A stretch of 64,000 bases of DNA from Eledone cirrhosa. Taxonomy: Eukaryota. Below, one piece after another: positions 13,981 to 27,900 of this stretch. A program made the translations under genes and the position numbers. Position 1 is the stretch's first letter. Every line of letters starts with the position of its first letter. The stretch is taken from contig OZ024740.1 of the NCBI GenBank assembly GCA_964016885.1, positions 173,352,001 to 173,416,000 of the forward strand. Reading direction: 5' to 3'. A model generated the notes under the pieces. That model saw nothing but the letters and a program-made list of their open reading frames with translations. It searched no databases and was not told the DNA's origin.

Positions 13981-14874
13981 CTGCTTAATTATTTTCAGTA
14001 AAGATACCTTCCATACCTACCCATATTTTGTTATATCTGACCTTTGAGAATATAGCCAAAAACTGTTGCATGAACTTATGATAGCAAGCGAGCATTTTTT
14101 CAATATAATGAAAATAGTTAAATATTTTTTATCACGAAAATTCTAAGAATGTATTTAATATATTTTGATCGCTGTATATTTGATTTATTTATGTTTGAAC
14201 ATCTGAATAGAGGGTGCGATCATTTTTTTTATGTTGTTGCTTTTGTTTTTTGAAGAACAATTAGGAAAGGTTAATAGCCTGCCGTGAGAGACTCTCATCA
14301 CAACTAGAAAGTTGGGGGCGATTAATTTGAAATACAAGCCCTTACTTTTCAAAATATTCACTATTTAGCACAATTAGCTCCTCAGAGACATCGTAAATTT
14401 GCTGGGCTACAGATTATTAGATAATTGTTGCAATTTAAAAGCCTTTATTCAAAGATAGTAACAGGATGGTCACTGACAAACCTCTTAATGATATGACAAA
14501 TGGGATTCTACTTTTTCTATATGAGTTACAATTGCATTGTCTAAGAAAGAATCACGATCATCAAATAATGTATCGACTACGTTAGGCTGTGGTTCGGATT
14601 ACTCATTTCTCAGTGAAACACGATCTGTATTTGTTTTAGAGAAACACAATCCAGTTAAAATGAGGCAGTCACTGAAATTAACTCCCAAACTTGGAATGCA
14701 ATGAGAATGGCTAAAAGATTCATATTAGTAATAAGTAGCATTAAGATACGTACCACACGCTTCTAAATAATATTTAAATACGTTTCTATTTGCAATACAT
14801 ATTGCAAAATTACAGGTAAAACTTAACGCTGTTTTAATAGTTTCATTTTTCTACTTTCAGAAACATAAATTACA

Positions 14875-15135
14875 ATGATAATGGATGCAAAGGAAGCAGC
14901 AATGTCCGCTAAGGATTACTATGCAGCGCTTAAAAGTGCATTAAAACCATATAAATTCGATTGGCAACCACCAACACCCCAACTTTTGAAAAAGGCTCAA
15001 ATGACAGCAAATGATCTTCGTACAGTATTGCCCAGAGATTGGAACGGCAAAGCCCTACCTTATCCAAGATATCGACCAAAAGAAGAAATCTACAAGAAAA
15101 TTGATTTCGAGACATGCGATGCACATGCTCAAAAT
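14875..15135 (+). CDS. Hillarin/KY-like transglutaminase-domain protein, coding exon 1 (model: 14875-15135, 17071-17300, 22976-23955, 25377-25793, 27560-27900, 30500-31414, 32859-32895, 33935-34068, 35455-35481; about 1113 aa)
   Basis: Acceptor tttcag at 14860, in-frame TAA at 14866 before the ATG. Ends ..FETCDAHAQN|gtaacg (phase 0), typical of the region preceding the KY/hillarin TGc domain. Confidence 0.8.
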
Positions 15136-15449
15136 GTAACGTTTCAAAAATATTGTTTCATTTGTTAATAAATCTATCGTTTTCTCCTCTCTTTTTAATC
15201 GATTCCTTTCCTTCTTGAACTCCCTACAACTTTCATTTTGCCCTGTTCCCTATTTATCTCCGCCATTTTTACTTTACTTTATTCTATTCTGTCTCTCACT
15301 CCTTAACATTTCTAATTTACCCTACTCTATCTCCCCTACCAATTTTATTTAACCCTACCCGCCTCTCTATCTATCTATCGATCCATCAATCTCTCTCTCT
15401 CTCTCTCCCCCATTTCTACTTCACTATGAAGTATCTGAGTGGACGTTTT

Positions 15450-15488
<39 letters not shown>
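15450..15488. repeat. (TAG)n microsatellite
   Basis: Directly visible. Confidence 0.9.
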
Positions 15489-15580
15489 CAGTAAAAATAT
15501 GACTAACAAAGAAGTCCAGAAATCCAAATTCGTAAGTAGTCTGGTTACTTCATTGTGATGAATTCAGTTCCTGATAAAGA

Positions 15581-16877
15581 CATCGTTTACTACACACATT
15601 TCCCCATAGGACATGGTTTACTATATACATTCTTCCATAGGACATGGTTTACTATACACATTTCCCCATAGGACATGGTTTACTACACACATTCTTCCAT
15701 AGGACATTGTTTACTATATACATTCTTCCATAGGACATGGTTTACTATACACATTTCCCCATAGCACATGGTTTACTACACACATTCTTCCATAGGACAT
15801 GGTTTACTATATACATTCTTCCATAGGACATGGTTTACTATATACATTCTTCCATAGGACATGGTTTACTACACACATTCTTCCATAGGACATGGTTTAC
15901 TATATACATTCTTCCATAGGACATGGTTTACTATATACATTCTTCGATAGGACATGGTTTACTACACACATTCTTCCATAGGACATGGTTTACTATATAC
16001 ATTCTTCCATAGGACATGGTTTACTATACACATTTCCCCATAGGACATGGTTTACTACACACATTCTTCCATAGGACATGGTTTACTATATACATTCTTC
16101 CATAGGACATGGTTTACTATACACATTTCCCCATAGGACATGGTTTACTACACACATTTCCCCATAGGACATGGTTTACTATATACATTCTTCCATAGGA
16201 CATGGTTTACTATATACATTCTTCCATAGGACATGGTTTACTATATACATTCTTCCATAGGACATGGTTTACTATATACATTCTTCCATAGGACATGGTT
16301 TACTACACACATTCTTCCATAGGACATGGTTTACTATATACATTCTTCCATAGGACATGGTTTACTATATACATTCTTCGATAGGACATGGTTTACTACA
16401 CACATTCTTCCATAGGACATGGTTTACTACACACATTCTTCCATAGGACATGGTTTACTATATACATTCTTCCATAGGACATGGTTTACTATATACATTC
16501 TTCCATAGGACATGGTTTACTATATACATTCTTCCATAGGACATGGTTTACTATATACATTCTTCCATAGGACATGGTTTACTATATACATTCTTCCATA
16601 GGACATAGTTTACTACACACATTCTTCCATAGGACATAGTTTACTACACACATTCTTCCATAGGACATGGTTTACTATATACATTCTTCCATAGGACATG
16701 GTTTACTACACACATTCTTCCATAGGACATGGTTTACTATACACATTCTTCCATAGGACATGGTTTACTACACACATTCTTCCATAGGACATGGTTTACT
16801 ATATACATTCTTCCATAGGACATGGTTTACTATATACATTCTTCCATAGGACATTGTTTACTATATACATTCTTCCA
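15581..16877. repeat. Intronic 31-bp minisatellite, about 42 copies (catggtttactatatacattcttccatagga)
   Basis: Contiguous units with tatata/tacaca/tataca and tcttcc/ttcccc variants and no spacers. Confidence 0.96.
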
Positions 16878-17070
16878 GGTAACCGAAGACAGTCGATTGG
16901 AAGGATCTTTAGAACATTTGAGGACAAATCTTCTGAACTTAAATCCCGCCGAGGTTCAACTTTGCCTTCCAACTTTCTGTAATCCATTCTCTCTCTCTCT
17001 CTCATATATTCTGTTTTGTTTTTATTTATTCATTATTTTTATCATTTGTTTTTTTATTTGTCTTTGCAAG

Positions 17071-17300
17071 GCACCGAAACATGTGTTGACAGCTGAGCTT
17101 TCAGAACTTGTCGGATATTTAATTGCACCATATGAAGATGAAGTAGCAAAAGTTCGAGTTATTTTCCGATGGATAACCGAACAGGACTTGGAAAGGTACG
17201 AGGTTCAAACCAATGCACCTTCTAACAGTCCTGCCCGTTACTTAAACGAATTGAAAGAGAGCAAAGGTCGCTACGATTTATTCTTCAACAATATGTGCCA
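17071..17300 (+). CDS. Hillarin/KY-like protein, coding exon 2
   Basis: tttgcaag|GCA acceptor. APKHVLTAELSELVGYL..KVRVIFRWIT..GRYDLFFNNMC. Donor gtgagt (phase 2). Confidence 0.88.
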
Positions 17301-18834
17301 GTGAGTAATTTTTGTTAAATTCTTACTTTATTTAGTTTAGGTTTCTTGTGTTGATGTTTAACACCGCCTTAGCAATTCTGATCAATTCTAACCTATGGTC
17401 AAAGATATTCCAGCCATAAAAATTTCATCTATTTTTTTAGACTCTCCAGTTTTTTGGCGGTGTTTTTGCTTTGTTTTTTTTTTAACAGTAAGGTCTGATA
17501 TAAGAGTGATTTTGCTACTATTTATAGCAGGTTCAGTGACTACGTATGCGATCCCTCGTAGCCGTCATGTTATTGTTTAGTCTTAGCTGATGAAGCAAAC
17601 TTCTGGTCAAAATAATTACTGTCAAGAACACCACATCCTGGTTATTTCAGGCTGTAAACTACATTATTCAATGTATCATAGGTGTGTTTTAATGGAGATT
17701 ATTTTTTTTCTATTTCTAAAAGGTCGAGTGATCATGTAAAGGGTTTCTCGTTGATTCATTTGTCTACTGTTAAAGGAAATACAAACATCTACAGATGCAA
17801 AAACAAGAATATGTTTGATAATATGTATGCAGGAAAACTTCTTCATTTGGCTATGTGCCTATAATAGAAACCAATAACAATTAGATCTTAATATGGAATA
17901 GCATAACGGATAGGCTTAATTTAGTGAGAATGACATTGTGACACACTTGTCAACAGTGACATGCAATAGGTTTTTTATGTGGCACACTATGAACTTTTAA
18001 AACATTCTCCCCGCTATATCATGTAAGTGATACTCCAATAACGGGATTATTAAAGAAATTAAAATTTCGACAAACCGAGCTAAAACCATCGCTTAATTAG
18101 TGAGCAAGACTTCTTTCCCATTTTTTTTATTTTAAAATAATCGAATATGCAAGGTATATTTGTCTTGAAAGAGAAATTACAATGCTTTGTTACTACGTAA
18201 TTGTTTAGATAAGAGTTGGTGAAGTATTTTCCTTCATTTCTTATTCCCATTCTCTCTATATCTATCTATCTATCTCCTTCCTTACTCACCCTTATTCTCT
18301 CCCCTCCTTCCCTATCTCTCCCTTATTCTCTCACCTCCTCCTCTATCTCTCCCTCTCCCTGTAACTGTTTGTCTCTTCTCATCTCACTTTATTACATGCT
18401 TTCAGATTCTCTCTCACTCAGACACACATTCCCACACTCACACACGTGACGGTGACATGAGATTTATGACTAATGTTTTGCTTATTTCCTCCTTTATAAT
18501 GCAAAAAGCTAAATATGCAATTTTAGTTTCTAGTCTGAGTATTAGAAAAGAAAACGAAATAGTAATTTATTTCGTGTAGTTTGACAATATACGATACTTC
18601 TGACTATAAATGAATTTAAAAGACAAAGAGAATCCGTGTGCATGTGGAACGCACTTTATAGTGAGAAAAGATTATTGGCATAGGAGATACCTCTCAAAAG
18701 TAAGAGCTTGTTGTATGCAAAATACTTGTCAAGCAGAAGAGGAACTCAAATAACTCCGTATTATGAAGATTAAAGATAAGTGTGAAATCTGCGTTGGTGA
18801 AATCTACAGTTGGTGGATTAAGACTGTTATTGAC

Positions 18835-19222
18835 GGCCACATTGGCAGTATCTGTAGAGTGTCTGACGCCATGTTTTGCAGTAAAGAGTTACGGCCCTTT
18901 ATGGCCTGAGTTCAAATCCCGCCGAGGTTAACTTTGCCTTTCATCCTTACGAGGTCGATAAAATAAAGTACCAGTAATATCCTGGGGTAATTGCTGGCCT
19001 TGTGCTAAATGTAGAAACAATAATATTTTAGAGCGTTTAGGCGGTGGATTGGCAGTATCGGTAGAGCGTCAGACACCATGCTGTGTAGCATAGAGTTATG
19101 GCCCTTTGCGTTCCGAGTTCAAATCCCGCCGAGGTTAACTTTGCCTTTCATCCTTACGAGGTCGATAAAATAAAGCACCAGCACTGAGATAATTGCTGGC
19201 CTTGTGCCAAAAGTAGGAAGAA
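18835..19222 (+). mobile_element. Two head-to-tail Meta-type SINE copies
   Basis: A-box tggcagtatcggtagagcg, B-box gagttcaaatccc, core gccgaggttaactttgcctttcatccttacgaggtcgataaaataaag. Confidence 0.85.
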
Positions 19223-19469
19223 TTATATTTTAGACCGTTCCGTGCTCCGCTGCACACACGGCCATCCCTGGGCAATTTCAGCAACTTATCAGTTTTTCTA
19301 TGAGAAGAAACTGCTAGCCCCACAACTTTTCTCCGTTTCTGGAGAAAGTGACTGTGAGTAGTCTCCCACAACCCTTCTCGTGCCATATCACAGCCTATTT
19401 AGAGAGAGAGAAAGGTACTTTATTTATAGCCCCCAATATACATGTTTCTATCATTGACACAAAGACAGT

Positions 19470-19720
19470 ATTTTGGGAAAAGGGGGAAAGTCGGTTACAT
19501 TGACCCCAGTACTTAACTGGTACTTTATTTTATCAACTCGGAATGTAGAAAGCTGTAACCAAATCCCGCAAAGAATTATGCCTGACGCTCTACCGATACT
19601 GCCAATCCGTTCCCTTATAGCCGCCAAAGTAATGAAAGGCAAAGTTGACTTTTGCAGGAATTGAACTAGGAGTCAGGGAATACTGCAAGGAATTCTCTCT
19701 GACACTTTAACGATTCTGCC
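19470..19720 (-). mobile_element. Rearranged Meta-type SINE pieces
   Basis: Reverse complements of the SINE tail, head and core in mixed order. Confidence 0.6.
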
Positions 19721-21893
19721 GTAATGGTCATTATGAGAGGACTAAAACTATATAGATAAAATAATTACTTAAATAGATACTCATATTCATGTTCTCTAGA
19801 TAGTATTATCAAATGCAAAAGATGCAAACATTGAGAATTTGTGGAAAATATATGGATAAGAAGATTACAAACTCTACCTCAGTTTCAGGCATGAACATAA
19901 ATAATTGGTGAGTCTATGCAAAGCAGACACTCGGAAGATTAACAGTTTTGGTTCGATATTGCTAAATATTGCCCCTCAAATGATTATCAGTTAAATATTC
20001 CATTCCTTATATCAAAGTTTGTAGAATTAGAGATACATAGAACTTATAATTGGTATGTATTTAATTTGCATCGCAACTCATTTTCCAATTCTGTGTATAT
20101 TTCACTATATTGCCATAATAAGAGGATTAGCAAAATCGTTCAAGCGTCGGAAAAAATACTTTGTGACATTTGTTCCTGCTCTTTACAACCTGAGTTCAAA
20201 TCCCGCCAATCTCATCTTTGCCTTTCATCCTTCTAAGGTTGATAAAATGTTAGGATCGATATAATCGATTTTCCCTTCTCCACAAATTGCTGACCTTGTG
20301 CCAAAATTAGAAAGCATTATATTGCCATAATAGATTATATACCAAGTGTTAAATATGCACAACTTTCTTTAGAAGAAAATTGTGGAGAGAAAACGTAATT
20401 GGTGACGCTATTTTAAGAAAGATTCCCAAAAGATTAATATATTATGTCATTTTTATTTTCACTTAAGGAGTTATTTTTAATTCTATTAGCTCTGACTATC
20501 AAATCTACATTAGATCTCCACCCAACTATCTGATGATAACGAAAACTCCCACATACAACTAACTATATATGAAGGGCAGTGGAAATGCCGAAGACACTTG
20601 AATGTCGTATTAGATTCTTTACAGTATCTAGATCGGTAACCAATGATAGAGTTCAAATAGCTTGAGGTCAACTGTTGTAAAGATAAGTTCCTGGTATGCA
20701 GTATGCGACCTGGTTTCATTACGTGGTGAAAGTCATTTCACAGCATTTATATTTCTAATGCACGCCAGAAAGATTTTCCATTTCGGTAAAACTTCACTAT
20801 ATTAATTAACATGATAACATTTTGGACAATGTCTTTCGTCAGAAAATCTTTCAATTAAGGGTCCTACTCAATATGTTAGATATTTCTTCTCACTGCACTT
20901 GTTATTTTTCTGAAACGATTCTCGGGAATGAGACACCTAAAACAACGAGTCTCTTCAAATATTTGTGATTATTTATTTATATATTACCATTATAACCTTA
21001 TTTGTACTCTAAGAGTTTTATCGCAGGAAATAACAGGATTCGCCAATGCTTATCATGTAATTGACAGAATTATTGTATTAATACAATTTACTTGCTGGCA
21101 ACATTTATCTGGTGCTTCTACTCAGGACTGCTGAAGATGACTCACGTGTAGAACAGGATGATGGGTGTTGGTGTTTTTTTTTTGTTTTTTTAAGAAAATG
21201 ACTTTAAAAATTCCGTCAGAGATTACAAATATATCACTCGATTCCTCATACATAACAAATAATCTTCAGTTAGGTTGGTTAGAAGATAGGGCCAAAGATA
21301 TATAGTTGAAAAAAGATGCTTCTTGATAATAATTTTTTCTACTTTTGGCACAAGGCCAGCAATTTCAAATGAAGGGGAATGTCGATTAAATCGGCTCCAG
21401 TGCGTTATTGGTAATTTATTTTATCGGCCCCACAAGGATGAAAGGCAACGCTAACCTCGTTGGGATTGTAAATATGTATTACATAATATATGAAACCAAA
21501 GTTTTTGTTTCTTCTTTTTCTATTTATAGACTCTTTAATTAACCTCACAGGGGGAGTAACTAGTGACCCTGTACTTTCAGAATCTAGGATGATATACTGA
21601 AAGGTTTTATTGTTATCTACAATCCATATAAGTTGAATTGTGTTTTTAAATTGAGACGTTTCTTGATTATACAGACATCACAATTTTTAAAGCAATGAAC
21701 TCTCTCAATGCTGGTGCCCTACTCACACCTAAGTGTACGGAGTAAGTGTTTGTCAAGAATCTTGGTCTGGGATATAGAACAGCTCCAGTGATAAATCAGT
21801 AAGCGTTAATTCTTCGTTAGCTGCAATTCTCATGAAAATCCTGATCGTAGATAAATGACCACTTGTCACTGCTGTAGGTGGCCGAATGCTATT

Positions 21894-22547
21894 AATTGTT
21901 TCTACTATTGGCACAAGGCCAGCAATTACCCAGTACATTACTGGTACTTTATTTTATCGACCCTGTAAGGATGAAAGGCAAAGTTAACCAGAAAAAAATG
22001 GTTAATCTAAATTGACATTGTACAGTAACATATTACATGACTTATCATAACAGCTGATTCCCCAATCAAATCAGGGAAACAAACTCCTGCTAGATGTCTT
22101 ACACCACAATCACTGTTTGTATTTCTGATAGTCATTAGTCCAGGTGTCTTTTTGAAGTATATCAATAATTGCTTCTATTTTTGGCACAAGGCCAGCAATT
22201 ACCCAGTACATTACTGGTACTTTATTTTATCGACCCCGTAAGGATGAAAGGCAAAGTTAACCTCGGCGGGATTTGAACTCAGAATGGCAAGGGCCGTAAC
22301 TCTATGCGTCAAAGCATGGCGTCCAACCCTCTACCGATACTGCCAATTCACCACGTAATAAATAATTGTTTCTACTTTAGGCACAAGGCCAGCAATTACC
22401 CAGTGTATTACTGGTACTTTATTTTCTCGACCCCGTAAGGATGAAAGGCAAAGTAAACCTCGGCGGGATTTGAACTCAGACCGTAAAGGGACGTAACTAT
22501 GCTGGAAAGCATGGTGTCCGACTCTCTACCGATACTGCCAATCCACT
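21894..22547 (-). mobile_element. Cluster of three Meta-type SINE copies
   Basis: ggcacaaggccagcaattacccagt..gatgaaaggcaaagttaacctcggcgggatttgaactc recurs near 21900, 22170 and 22370. Confidence 0.85.
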
Positions 22548-22975
22548 AATAAATAATGTACGTAAAGTTTCATTGATCAAGTTGACGTAACCGATTCACA
22601 AACTTAGTTCACCTGGAGATTGGAGAATACTCTCGATTGTGTGGAAAATAATACTAGATTTAGGGTGAGACAAATGTTTTTTAAGTTCACATCTGTTATA
22701 ATTGTTTCGGTGTATTTCTGGGAATAACTCGTTAGTCTACATTGCCTCAGTTTCCCTAACTGACAAGATTAGGCACATAAGAGTTGCAGGTTTAATGTAG
22801 ATGAGAGATTAATTGATAATAGAATTCAATTTTTTTGTATGTGATATCTTATTTCTTACACTTTGTTTGAAAGCATTAGTATTAACTAATACAAATATTT
22901 GCATATTATTTTATGTGTATCTTTCATTTTGTTGTATGAGGTAAATTCTAATTCAATTTTGACGTATAATTTCAG

Positions 22976-23955
22976 GCTTGCCGATATATCGTCAGTATCA
23001 ATACACGGACATTCGAAAGGAGTAGGATTTAATGTTGGTGACCCTATAACACTGAACACAAGAAACATATGGAATGCAGTTCTCATAAAAGATACTTGGT
23101 ACTTGATAGATGTTCACTGGGCATCACGTAAGATATCTGGAGTGGAATCTGAAGAATGGCAGCTGGTTGAATGTCAACAAACAAATGGCAGTGATGTAGA
23201 CGATTCTATCGTTCAGAACATTTATGAGTTTGATGAGTTCTATTTCTTGACTGACCCAGAGAAATTTATATACAGTCACTTTCCCGATGAAGAGATTTGG
23301 CAACTGTTAGCACGACCTTTATCAAAAAATGAATTTCAAAAAGCTCTTTATTTAAAGCCACATTTCTTCGAGTTTGGACTGACTGTGAAAAGCCACGTTT
23401 GGTGCAGTCTTCAGTCGGTGGATGGTTTTGTCAACATTGAACTTGGTGTGACACGTACTGATTTGTCATTCTCTTTTGAACTCTACAGATCCAATAAAAT
23501 CGGCAATCCAGACGACAAAAAAGAACTTGCAAAGTACATGTTACTGGAAAGAGACACCGAACATAACAAATTATGTATCGAAGTAAGATTTCCTGTTATA
23601 GGAAAGTTCAAAGCTGAAATCTTTGGTCGTGATTCTAAGAGTAAATTGGAATGGTTATGTTCATATGTGCTCTACTGCAGCTCTCCTCTGTCGAATTGTG
23701 CCCCACTTCCACCGAACCCTAAAGGTGAATGGGGCCCTGGGGTTGATTTATTCAATTGTGGCATTACGCCCATAACTCATTTGAGAGGTAAAGTTGAGGT
23801 ATACGATGGAGAAGTCGAGTTGAAGTTTGCTTTGGAGAAAAACGTGGATCTATTACATAGACTAGTGTTTGAAGATGGACAACAGATCAGTGATTATATC
23901 ATCTGTGAAATAATTAATGGAGTTGCCACAGTTATCGTAAGACTTCCCAAGGAAG
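22976..23955 (+). CDS. Hillarin/KY-like protein, coding exon 3 (TGc core plus Ig-like repeats)
   Basis: ttcag|G acceptor completes the CAG codon. IHGHSKG, NIWNAVLIKDTWYLIDVHW, FDEFYFLTDPEKFIYSHFPD..WQLL, RFPVIGKFKAEIFG. Donor G|gtaaat (phase 1). Confidence 0.93.
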
Positions 23956-25376
23956 GTAAATAATTTTATCTCATATTTGTTTATGTCTTGCTAGTTATAT
24001 TGTTTGTGGCTTCACAATGACTTAAGAATTAGTTAATTATTGAATTAATAAACTTATGAAAAGGACAGTCTAATCTTTGTTTGGAGGTGAGGAGCAGCTA
24101 TGAACACATGCGTGGAGTCCACTAACATATATAGGAGAAATTGCCATTATAAAACTATTTGGCAATACACTTCATTTCCCGTACCGTAAAATTTAGAGTT
24201 AAGTAACGTCTCACAAACGCGCATCAAGCTTAAGAGATACTTATCTAGTTTTTTGTTTTTATTTGATATGCACCATATAGCCAGAGCCGGCGTTTGGTTA
24301 TTTAGCGCCCTCTTCTAGCTTTACAATGTGCACCCCAATCCCGCAAATAAAATAATTTCAATTTACAGTTTGGCAAGCTGACAAACCTAACTATTACTCT
24401 GATCCCACTAAGAAAATTACTAAGCTTGCATTTTCTACTATATATCCATACTCACCCATGTAAAAATATATTACAGGTCATAACACAATACGACCTACTC
24501 CACTGCTTTATCTATTTCACAATGCTTCTACGAGTAATTTATTATATATTTAATTTAGATAAACAAATATGTATAAAACTGGGAAACTTTAAGGTGTTGC
24601 CTAGCGAGCCAAATAGTTGCGCCGACCGTCTAAAGCATAATTACATTTGATGACTGTTCTTTCCATATCCTAATCCATTTTCTATATTGGCTTTCTGAAT
24701 TGTTGAACATTGCCAGGCTACTGTTTCAGTGTTATTAATTTTGCTAGTTTAACACACTGCTGAAATCATTTATCCAGAAGGAAGGATTGCTATTTTAAAT
24801 TCCTTAGTCCTACCTAGGATCAAGTTGTTACGTTATTATTGTTTGGCCCCTTATCAAGCAAACTTATTATCAAAGTCCAGTTAAACACCATCATCTAGTT
24901 CACTTTAGCTGCCTTTGGTGGAGTTCATTTTTTTTCTTTTCTTTTCCTTTTTTCTTTTTCCTTTTATTTTTTTTTACAAACACTCCGACCAGGGATCAAG
25001 CTTGAAAGTACTTTCGACATTTCTTCCTCTCCCTCCGATTAGTCTCTGATGCCTTGAAAAGGGTCATAAACACTGCCGCCTTCCCCTTCCTAATGAAGCA
25101 GCCATAAAAAACCGTAGTCATCTTTTTAGAGTTACGTTGGATTATCTAATGTGTCCTTTTCTTATTTGAGACAATATAGGGGCACGTTTGGTTGCTAGTT
25201 CAATCAGGTCGAGCGACACCCACAAATGATCCTTTGTTGGACTGTTGCTGACGTTATTGTTGTTGTTGCTACAGAAGATGTGTTGTTGTTGTTACCGATG
25301 TATTGTTGTTGCTTCTGTACTATGCTGTTGTTGTGTTGTTATTTCTGATGTTATTCATTATCCTATGTATTCACAG

Positions 25377-25793
25377 GTCAATATGCACTGCAAATGTATG
25401 CCAAGAACGATCCAAGTGACAATGAGTACTCCAATATATGTAACTATTTGCTAAGATGCAATGAAGATTTGGGTGTTGTATCCCCATACCCATCAGTGAC
25501 AAACGATAAAGTCGGATCACTGGGAAGGTTTCACACACTCGGCCTTCGCACTGTTGAAAATGCACCTGGATATCAAAGAATGTCAACTACAGGACAGTGT
25601 TATTTTCAAATAAAAATCCCAACCGATATTGATTACTTCACAAAGTTTGTTCACCAGTCTGAGACCTCTTTAACTGATGTTTCTGATTATACATATTGTT
25701 ACCGAGAGGAAGATATCGTTAAATTCTCCATAAGATGTCCATCGCCTGGTTATTACCGATTTGATCTGTTCGCCAAACCCAGAACAGAGGAGG
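25377..25793 (+). CDS. Hillarin/KY-like protein, coding exon 4
   Basis: tcacag|GT joins to give LPKEGQYALQMYAK. Also RCPSPGYYRFDLFAK. Donor G|gtatgc (phase 1). Confidence 0.88.
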
Positions 25794-25894
25794 GTATGCA
25801 GTAATCCTTGTTAATTATCATCATTTTCTTTAACTTTTGTTTGCTTTTGTTTTTGTATTATTATAACTATTTATTTTGATTATTACCATTGTTA

Positions 25895-26355
25895 TAGTGT
25901 CGGACAAAATGCTTTGCAGCATAGTCACAGCCCTTTACGTTCTGAGTTCTAATCTCGCCGATGTTAGCTTTGCCTTTTATTCTTACTGGGTCGATAAAAT
26001 AAAGCTCCAGTAATGCACTTGGGTGGATTTAATCAACGTTTCCCCTCCCCTTCAAATCGCTGGCCTTGTGTCAGAAGTAGAAACAACTATTATTTTCGTT
26101 ATATGCTTCCTTTTATTGATTTCACCTCTCTCTTTATTCGGTACAAACACCATTGTTTATCATCCTTGTACTGTCCCCAACGTCTTCGGCTTGTGTGGTT
26201 AATAAGAAATCATTATTGGGTTTTTTTTTTGTATTTTTATTCATGATTCTTTCTGATTTGAGTTCAATACCTGCCAAGATCAGATTTGCCTTGAGATCGA
26301 TATAGTCGACTTCGCTTCCTCCCAAAATGAATAGCCTTGTTCTTAAATTAGAAAC
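25895..26355 (+). mobile_element. Two degenerate Meta-type SINE copies
   Basis: ctgagttctaatctcgccgatgttagctttgcc..gtcgataaaataaag, plus a second B-box/core near 26260. Confidence 0.6.
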
Positions 26356-27559
26356 CTTTATTATTATTTTGTTATTAGTAGTAATAGTAGAAAAAGATTT
26401 TATTGATATTTCTTCAAACTGCATTGTTGTAGCCTCTTAATACACCACGCACGAGATGTGTGTGTGTTCTGCAATGCTCCAAGTGAACAACAAAACTCTT
26501 CTAGTGTATAAATATATAAAATATATTTATAACATCATGCCATAAATCACATTGTTTTAGGTTTAGTGTGATGGACGCAGCATTACTACAATACGTTCTG
26601 TGTGAACCAAATCCACGGTTCACCGTTGACACAATTTGAAACATGAGAAGTGTTTCGGTTCTCATTAGAACCAATTTAATTTTTAAAAAATTTTAATTTT
26701 AAAAAAATCGTGTCACAACTTTCCATACAAGGTAGACAGGTTAAAGCATAGAAAAAAAGCACCTTGCAGCATTTGTTCTAGCTCTTTTCCTTCTGAGTTC
26801 TTGGGTGGTAGACTTAATCCATCAATCGGTTTAACACTACCACTTGGTCCTTGGGTGCAATAAACAGTTCTCTGTTGTAAGCATTTGGGGCCAGATCTCA
26901 TCTTCCCTTTCTATCTACCTCTCACCGACACCATAATAAACTAAGGGGTCCCTGATCGTTTGAAGGTCGGGTAAATTAGTATTTCCACAACCAGTATCAG
27001 GCCCAAGCTCTTTTGCTCAACAGCCTGAAAATCGCAAACTGTCAAAGCATGTCGCTCTCCGACACAAAATTCTGTAATTCAAAGCAGTGCAAACAACGTT
27101 CTTGGTCCCTGAACCAACTCCAAGCTGCTGCGATCAGGACAGAGATGACCATCCGCAAGAACGAGTCCAGCTAGTTGGTCTGGTTCTTTCAGCACATCTC
27201 CCTCGCTATTAACAATTCTGTCTGTTGGTGTTTTACAAAGGACGTGAGATGGTAGTGTTATGAATTAATGGGGTTTTCTTTATATTGTTTTGTTTTGATA
27301 TTAGTCAACAATATACTCTTTCTATGCATATTTCAATACTTGGCTACCATTTTCTGTTAAATCTCATGATATCGTTAGTTTAACAATCCACCATCTGCCT
27401 TCAATGATATATACAATACCTGTAAGTTCAATGATCACCTCTGCTAAAAATTAAACTGGTCCTCTATTTATACAGCATAACTTATGTTTTTTCTTAGACT
27501 GCTTGGAAAGATGTTCTGCACAACTAATCTTGTTTTTGTTTCTGTTTTGCGCTCTACAG

Positions 27560-27900
27560 GTGGCTACCCTAAAGTGTTCTGTTCCGTTCTAGAAACATTT
27601 TGGCCAATGGTTGATTGCTTACCATTCCCACAGAAGTATTCAGCTTGTAAGGATATATACAATATCATTTCACCAGCTGTAAATCAAGTAGCTGAAGGTC
27701 AGCAAATAAAAATGGCCGTCATTGTTCCAGATGCTGAAGCTGTAGCTACGATAGAAGATCAAAATTGGAATTACCTAGAAAAGGGTGAAAACAACAACTG
27801 GTCTGGAAAGATTACTCCCCAAAATACCGATAGTGTTATTTCCATAGCTGCTCGGCACTCCAATTCTGAACGCTCCTTCGAGGCATTATTCTCCTTCAAG
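27560..27900 (+). CDS. Hillarin/KY-like protein, coding exon 5
   Basis: ctacag|GT acceptor (phase 1). CLPFPQKY..VIVPDAEAVA..WNYLEK..WSGKI..ALFSFK. Donor gtaacc (phase 0). Confidence 0.85.

Noticed and set aside
15581-16877. CRISPR-like regular 31-bp repeat
   Set aside because: Units are contiguous with no unique spacers, there are no cas genes, and the context is a eukaryotic intron.
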